Part shown: positions 57,191 through 64,000 of the stretch, one piece after another
Layout: every line of letters begins with the position of its first letter
How positions within the stretch are numbered: position 1 is the stretch's first letter
From: an uncultured Spirochaetia bacterium
GTDB taxonomy: Bacteria; Desulfobacterota_D; UBA1144; Nemesobacterales; UBA2774
Length of the DNA stretch: 64,000 nucleotides
Reading direction: 5' to 3'
Assembly (NCBI GenBank): GCA_964618635.1
Contig: CAZUDM010000003.1
Span: 2,673-66,672 of the forward strand
Notes under the pieces: generated by a model
Seen by the model: only the letters and a program-made list of their open reading frames with translations
Database searches by the model: none
Told to the model about the DNA's origin: nothing
Position numbers and translations under genes: made by a program

Positions 57191-57343
57191 TTAGCAAATT
57201 GTTACTAGAGATTTAGAATGGATACTCAATGCTGCGCATTAACTATCCGAAAACACAAGAATAACCTAAACTGATACTATAATAGAGGGGGAGATAAAAT
57301 CAAGGATTATAGGGGGTTAATTTGGATAAAATTATCATTTAGC

Positions 57344-58438
57344 TTAACCTGCCGCACCGGGTTTAAAAAGCGGAAGCGGTCTTACCGCGCCCTTCCCCCG
57401 GGAACCGTCCGCGGAGGCTACGAAAACTTCAGTTCCGGGCTCGACGAACTCCCTTCTCACGTATCCGAGCGCCACATTACGCCCGAGAGCGGGCGAGAAG
57501 GCCTGGCTCGTAATCCTGCCGATTTTTTTCTCTCCGGCGAAGATTTCGTCGCCTGCCGAGGGTGTATATCCCTCTTCGAGAACTATACCCATGAGGTGCC
57601 TGTTCACGTGTCCCCGCCACTTGATACGGGCTACAACTTCCTGCCCGACGTAGCATCCCTTCTCGAAGCTGAGCGCGTTCCATATGCCGGCCTCGATCGG
57701 TATCGTTTCTTCGTCCATGTCTTTTCCGTATATTGGAATACCGGCTTCTATGCGGAGGACTTCGAGCGCCTTGTAACCGACAGGCTCGAGGCCGAAAGGG
57801 CTTCCCTTTTCCATGAGATAACCGCGGGCTTCTTCCGAGCGGTCGGCGGGAAAGTAGAGATCGTAGCCTTCCTCACCCGTCCTGCATGCCGCGGCGCAGA
57901 TTACTTCCATGCCGTTTAGAGCCGCTTTAAAATGTCCGTGCTCTTTTAAATCCGGAACGGTTATGCCTGCTGCTTCGAGAATGTTCTTCGATTCGGGTCC
58001 CTGTATGGAAAATAGCGAGAGCTCTTCCGTAACGTCGTCGACTGCAGCCTTGTACGAAAGTCTGTATTTAAGAAGAAGGTCCTTCACCTTCACATTTATG
58101 CCGGGCTCGAGATCGAGCAGCACCGATTCGGCGGCCTTGTAAACGCGCATGTCGGAGAGCATTCTTCCTTTCACAGTAAGAATAGCGGCGTAAGTCCCCT
58201 CGCCCTCCGCGAGCTTCATGACGTCGTTCGTCAGCATGCCCTGGAGAAACTTCAAATGCTCCTTTCCGCTAAGGCGAATCTTCCCTCTCGCTGAGAGGTC
58301 GAGGAGGCCAGCCCCTTTTTTGACAGCCTCGTATTCACGAAGCCATCCGCCGTACTCTTTCTGCATCGAGCCAGATGCACTGCCGCCCGCGTCGACTGGA
58401 GATTCCCTTTCTTCGCCTGTAGTCTCTCTGATTTCCAT
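57344..58438 (-). CDS. YgfZ-family folate-binding protein (GcvT-like fold)
   Basis: The KGCYVGQE signature of YgfZ/CAF17 family proteins, plus GcvT-like domains. Confidence 0.75.
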   Translation of the reverse strand: MEIRETTGEERESPVDAGGSASGSMQKEYGGWLREYEAVKKGAGLLDLSARGKIRLSGKEHLKFLQGMLTNDVMKLAEGEGTYAAILTVKGRMLSDMRVYKAAESVLLDLEPGINVKVKDLLLKYRLSYKAAVDDVTEELSLFSIQGPESKNILEAAGITVPDLKEHGHFKAALNGMEVICAAACRTGEEGYDLYFPADRSEEARGYLMEKGSPFGLEPVGYKALEVLRIEAGIPIYGKDMDEETIPIEAGIWNALSFEKGCYVGQEVVARIKWRGHVNRHLMGIVLEEGYTPSAGDEIFAGEKKIGRITSQAFSPALGRNVALGYVRREFVEPGTEVFVASADGSRGKGAVRPLPLFKPGAAG

Positions 58439-58648
58439 CGCTATCTCTCCGTAAGGTTAAGTATAACAAGCCGGCGCGGGTTTGCCGAAACGCGTCTCAC
58501 AGCCTGCGGGCACGTTGAATCCATTCCACTGCTATATATATCTAATCCGTGAGCGCGGGTATGCGGAGGATGGATTCGTACTTGAAAAACCGCCTTCCAA
58601 ATGTAGTATAAAGCTGAGTTCGGTCAGGACAAAAACACGAGGTAACAG

Positions 58649-59602
58649 ATGAAAGACAAGAGCGCTCTTACGAAGAAGCAGAAGGTAATAATCATGGGCT
58701 CGGGACCGGCCGGGCTTACGGCAGCTATATACACGGCGAGGGCCAACCTGGAGCCGCTGGTTTTCGAAGGTCTCGAAGCCGGGGGCCAATTGACGCTTAC
58801 TACCGACGTCGAGAACTTCCCTGGATTCCCCGAGGGAATTCAGGGGCCGGCCCTCATGAACGCCATGAGAAAGCAGGCCGAGAGGTTCGGCGCGACGTGT
58901 CTTCGCGAGAGGATAGATTCCGTCGACTTCAGCGAGAGGCCGTTCAAGGTCGTATCGGGAGACATGACGTTCGAGGCGGAGACGTTTATCGTGGCCTCGG
59001 GGGCCTCGGCCAAGATGCTCGGCATCGCGTCCGAGAAGCTCCTCCTGGGGAGGGGTGTATCGACGTGCGCCACATGCGACGGCTTTTTCTACAGGGACAA
59101 GGAAATCATAGTGGTGGGCGGCGGCGACAGCGCAGTCGAGGAAGGGACTTTCCTCACGAAGTTCGCCTCGAAAGTTAACATAGTGCACAGAAGGGACCAG
59201 CTCAGGGCTTCCAAGATTATGCAGGACAGGGCTTTTAAAAACCCGAAGGTGGAATTCATCTGGAACTCGGAGATCGCCGAGATACTCGGAGACGTGGAGA
59301 GCGGCGTGAACGGAGTCGTCCTCAGAAACACCGTAACCGGAGAGACCACACGGAAGGATATTGACGGCATATTCGTCGCGATAGGACACACGCCCAACAC
59401 GTCCATCTTCAAGGGAAAGCTCAACATGGACGAGCTCGGCTATCTCATCACGAAGGAAGGCTCTACCGAAACGAACGTCCCGGGCGTCTTCGCCGCGGGC
59501 GACGTCAAGGACAACAAGTACCGCCAGGCCATAACCGCGGCAGGCTCGGGCTGTATGGCCGCGATCGACGCCGAAAGGTTCCTCGAAAGCCACGCGGAAT
59601 AA
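58649..59602 (+). CDS. trxB: thioredoxin-disulfide reductase
   Basis: GSGPAGLTAAIY is the FAD motif, CATCDG is the redox-active CxxC, and VVGGGDSAVEE is the NADPH motif. Confidence 0.92.
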   Translation: MKDKSALTKKQKVIIMGSGPAGLTAAIYTARANLEPLVFEGLEAGGQLTLTTDVENFPGFPEGIQGPALMNAMRKQAERFGATCLRERIDSVDFSERPFKVVSGDMTFEAETFIVASGASAKMLGIASEKLLLGRGVSTCATCDGFFYRDKEIIVVGGGDSAVEEGTFLTKFASKVNIVHRRDQLRASKIMQDRAFKNPKVEFIWNSEIAEILGDVESGVNGVVLRNTVTGETTRKDIDGIFVAIGHTPNTSIFKGKLNMDELGYLITKEGSTETNVPGVFAAGDVKDNKYRQAITAAGSGCMAAIDAERFLESHAE

Positions 59603-59613
59603 AATACTCTATT

Positions 59614-60423
59614 TCAGGCTGGACGTTCAGCGCCCCGCTCAGACTCCGCTAGAAGCCGCCTCAGCTCGGGGATGACGGTTTCGGCCGCTTCCCTGCCGAC
59701 TTCGATTATCGAACGTCCCCTGTGAAAATCGAGCACCTTCACGTGCAAGAGACACGGGGAGACGACTATATCCGGAGGGCAATCCCTGAAGCTGTACTCT
59801 GTAAGTTTCTTCTGGGCTATGATAGAGCTCCTCTGGACTATATCGACGATAGAGAAATCCGCCATCACACAGTCCTCCGAGAAATTGCTCAGGAGGTCGA
59901 CTGCTACGACGATGTCCGCGCCCATATCCCTCAGCACCTTCACCGGAACCGGCTCGAGAACGCCGCCATCGACGAGAAGCTTATCGCTGTGAAGGACGGG
60001 CGTAAAGAGACCGGGAATCGCCATGCTGGCGTGAACGGCGGTGCAGAGGCTCCCGCTCGTGAATGTCACCGTCTCCGCCCTGTTGACGTCCACCGCAATT
60101 GCCGCGAAGGGCTTCCCGAGGTCTTCTATCTTCTCGATATTCACGATCTTGTTTAAAAGCCTCTCGACGTAGTTACCCGAGAAGAGTCCCCTTGCCGGCC
60201 ACGTCGGGCCCAGGAGGAAGGGAATGTCCTTGAAGCGGTACCTCAGCGATATGTCCTCCAAATGCGGCAGCTTTCCCGCGGCGTAGACCGCGCCGACGAG
60301 GGCGCCTATGCTCGTCCCCGATACCATGTCGAACTCTATCCCCGCCGCGGAGAAGGCGCCGAGCACACCGATGTGAGCGTATCCCTTGGCCCCTCCCCCT
60401 CCAAGCGCTATTCCTGTTTTCAT
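59614..60423 (-). CDS. patatin-like phospholipase family protein (RssA-like)
   Basis: GGGAKG oxyanion motif, GTSIGA (GxSxG nucleophile) and a DGG catalytic Asp. Confidence 0.8.
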   Translation of the reverse strand: MKTGIALGGGGAKGYAHIGVLGAFSAAGIEFDMVSGTSIGALVGAVYAAGKLPHLEDISLRYRFKDIPFLLGPTWPARGLFSGNYVERLLNKIVNIEKIEDLGKPFAAIAVDVNRAETVTFTSGSLCTAVHASMAIPGLFTPVLHSDKLLVDGGVLEPVPVKVLRDMGADIVVAVDLLSNFSEDCVMADFSIVDIVQRSSIIAQKKLTEYSFRDCPPDIVVSPCLLHVKVLDFHRGRSIIEVGREAAETVIPELRRLLAESERGAERPA

Positions 60424-60451
60424 TTTTCCGTCCGCACCGGCATCTATTCCC

Positions 60452-62934
<2,483 letters not shown>

Positions 62935-62981
62935 TCAAGAGCCAAACCGTGTTTCGCGGGTTTCTACCTGAGCGTCGCCCG

Positions 62982-63452
62982 TCAGTACGGCAGCCACTTC
63001 GACCTTTTGGAAGAAAGAAATCCCCTGTTTACGCCTATGAAATTGATCCCGCCGAAGAGCCGCGCGTGCTCTATCTTCATGCACCGGTTCATGACGACTT
63101 CGAGGCCCGCGTCCCTCGCACGCTTCGCCGCTTCCTCGTTTATGACCCCGATCTGCATCCATATCACCTTCGCGCCAATCTTTATGGCGTCCTCGACTAT
63201 CGGCGGGACGTCCTCCGGTTTTCTGAATATGTCGACGACATCCACCTTCTCCGGTATGTCGAGTAGGCTCGGATAGCACTTCTCGCCGAGTATCTCCTTC
63301 TGCCCGGGGTTGACGGGGATGATTTTATAGCCGTGGTCCTTCAGATATTTTGCCGCGAAGTTGCTGGGCCGGTGCCACTTGTCCGAAAGCCCGACGACGG
63401 CGATAGTCCTGTATTCCGCCAGTATGCGGCGGAGGGTTTGTATATCTTCCAT
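62982..63452 (-). CDS. CoA-binding domain protein (YccU-like)
   Basis: 156 aa with the pattern IAVVGLSDKWHRPSNFAAKYL ... GYKIIPVNP. Confidence 0.75.
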   Translation of the reverse strand: MEDIQTLRRILAEYRTIAVVGLSDKWHRPSNFAAKYLKDHGYKIIPVNPGQKEILGEKCYPSLLDIPEKVDVVDIFRKPEDVPPIVEDAIKIGAKVIWMQIGVINEEAAKRARDAGLEVVMNRCMKIEHARLFGGINFIGVNRGFLSSKRSKWLPY

Positions 63453-63583
63453 TTATCTTCCTTTGCGGGGCTGCCCGGAATCCTTAAAAATCCCGGTGAA
63501 TTATTATACAATTTACCCTAGTTCGGCCGCCCCTAACAAATTCGGGCATGCATCGGGCGCGGCCTCGGGCAGGCGGGGATATT

Positions 63584-64000
63584 ATGAAACCCGGGTTTTT
63601 CGGGAAAATTTCGAAACGCGAGATTCTGGGCTACGTGGCGGACAGCATCGCCATAGGCGGCCTCCTGTACAGCGGTATCCGCATCATAAAGGGCGACCTC
63701 GGCCACATAACTATTATAGTCCTGATAGCGTGCATCGCCGCCATATGGCTGAGCTCCTTCTTCTTTTATGCGAAACGGGGAAGATACGGCAGGCGGGTCG
63801 GCAATGCTGCCCTCGCGCTGATGATTCTCATCCCGGCCCTCTCGGCTGCAGGTTATCTCGGCTGGCTGTACTATAAAAACCTCCCGCCGGACAAGGTCAT
63901 CATACTCCTCGCGGACTTCGACGGACCGGACAGGAAGAAATACCGGGTTACAGGCAATATCAAGGACCAGCTCGAAGAGGCCACGAAGAAGTATCCAGAC
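63584..64000 (+). CDS. membrane protein, N-terminal part (the CDS runs off the window end)
   Basis: An ATG at 63584 with GGCGGGGA upstream. It is open to the window end, with two or three predicted TM helices (GGLLYSGIRII, IIVLIACIAAIWL, ALALMILIPALSAAGYLGWLYY). Confidence 0.5.
   Translation, partial: MKPGFFGKISKREILGYVADSIAIGGLLYSGIRIIKGDLGHITIIVLIACIAAIWLSSFFFYAKRGRYGRRVGNAALALMILIPALSAAGYLGWLYYKNLPPDKVIILLADFDGPDRKKYRVTGNIKDQLEEATKKYPD

Noticed and set aside
57277-57320. A repeated TATAATAGAGGGGGA / ATTATAGGGGGTT motif in the mreB upstream region, as a plus-strand promoter plus SD
   Set aside because: There is no plus-strand gene downstream; ygfZ is on the minus strand. It is more likely part of the mreB promoter and leader read on the minus strand, or chance purine-rich repeats.
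58532-59593. A 353-aa minus-strand ORF antisense to trxB
   Set aside because: trxB on the plus strand has all canonical FAD, NADPH and CxxC motifs. The antisense ORF is an artefact.

Overview
This 64 kb window is a GC-rich bacterial chromosomal segment. I estimate the GC content by eye at somewhat under 60%; I did not compute it. Codon usage is unusual for a GC-rich genome, with frequent AGG/AGA arginine and ATA isoleucine codons, which suggests an uncultivated lineage. I cannot assign a taxon from sequence alone. The window is densely coding on both strands and mostly housekeeping. In coordinate order I see the following.

- The 5' end of rpsL, running off the window start.
- purD, then glmS-glmU followed by a small cupin gene.
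- ssb, then a macro-domain gene followed by a NUDIX hydrolase.
- An ABC-transporter-dependent glycan biosynthesis locus made of two convergent operons. It contains a GT2 gene, wzm, wzt, a sulfotransferase with no canonical start codon, two paralogous GT2 genes with a C-terminal membrane anchor, a eukaryotic-type UDP-galactopyranose-mutase-like flavoenzyme, and an orphan hydantoinase-A-like ATPase.
- rpoZ and hisIE.
- Two tandem paralogous genes encoding FmdB-like zinc ribbons split by a roughly 100-residue insertion.
- An enoyl-CoA hydratase gene.
- Three paralogous PMT_2/ArnT-like GT-C glycosyltransferase genes bracketing era.
- aspS.
- A GldG-type ABC system: ATPase, ABC-2 permease, GldG, DUF4340.
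- sucA-sucB, followed by a clear intrinsic terminator.
- recG.
- An alternative sigma-70-family factor gene. It is followed by a cluster of palindromes and a small secreted acidic repeat protein gene with its own promoter and a bidirectional terminator.
- tRNA-Pro(CGG).
- An aldo/keto reductase gene and an M3B oligoendopeptidase gene.
- A complete caa3-type cytochrome c oxidase operon: sco1, ctaC, ctaD, ctaE, ctaF, ctaA, ctaB.
- A DmpA-family peptidase gene.
- The rod-shape cluster mreB-mreC-mreD-mrdA-rodA.
- ygfZ, trxB, a patatin-like phospholipase gene, metX-metY, a CoA-binding protein gene, and a partial membrane protein gene at the 3' edge.

I found no CRISPR array, transposase, integrase or rRNA. 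The most unusual elements are the split zinc-ribbon paralog pair, the sulfotransferase start and Wzt junction, the orphan HyuA-like ATPase leading a glycan operon, and the palindrome cluster with the acidic repeat protein downstream of the sigma factor gene.
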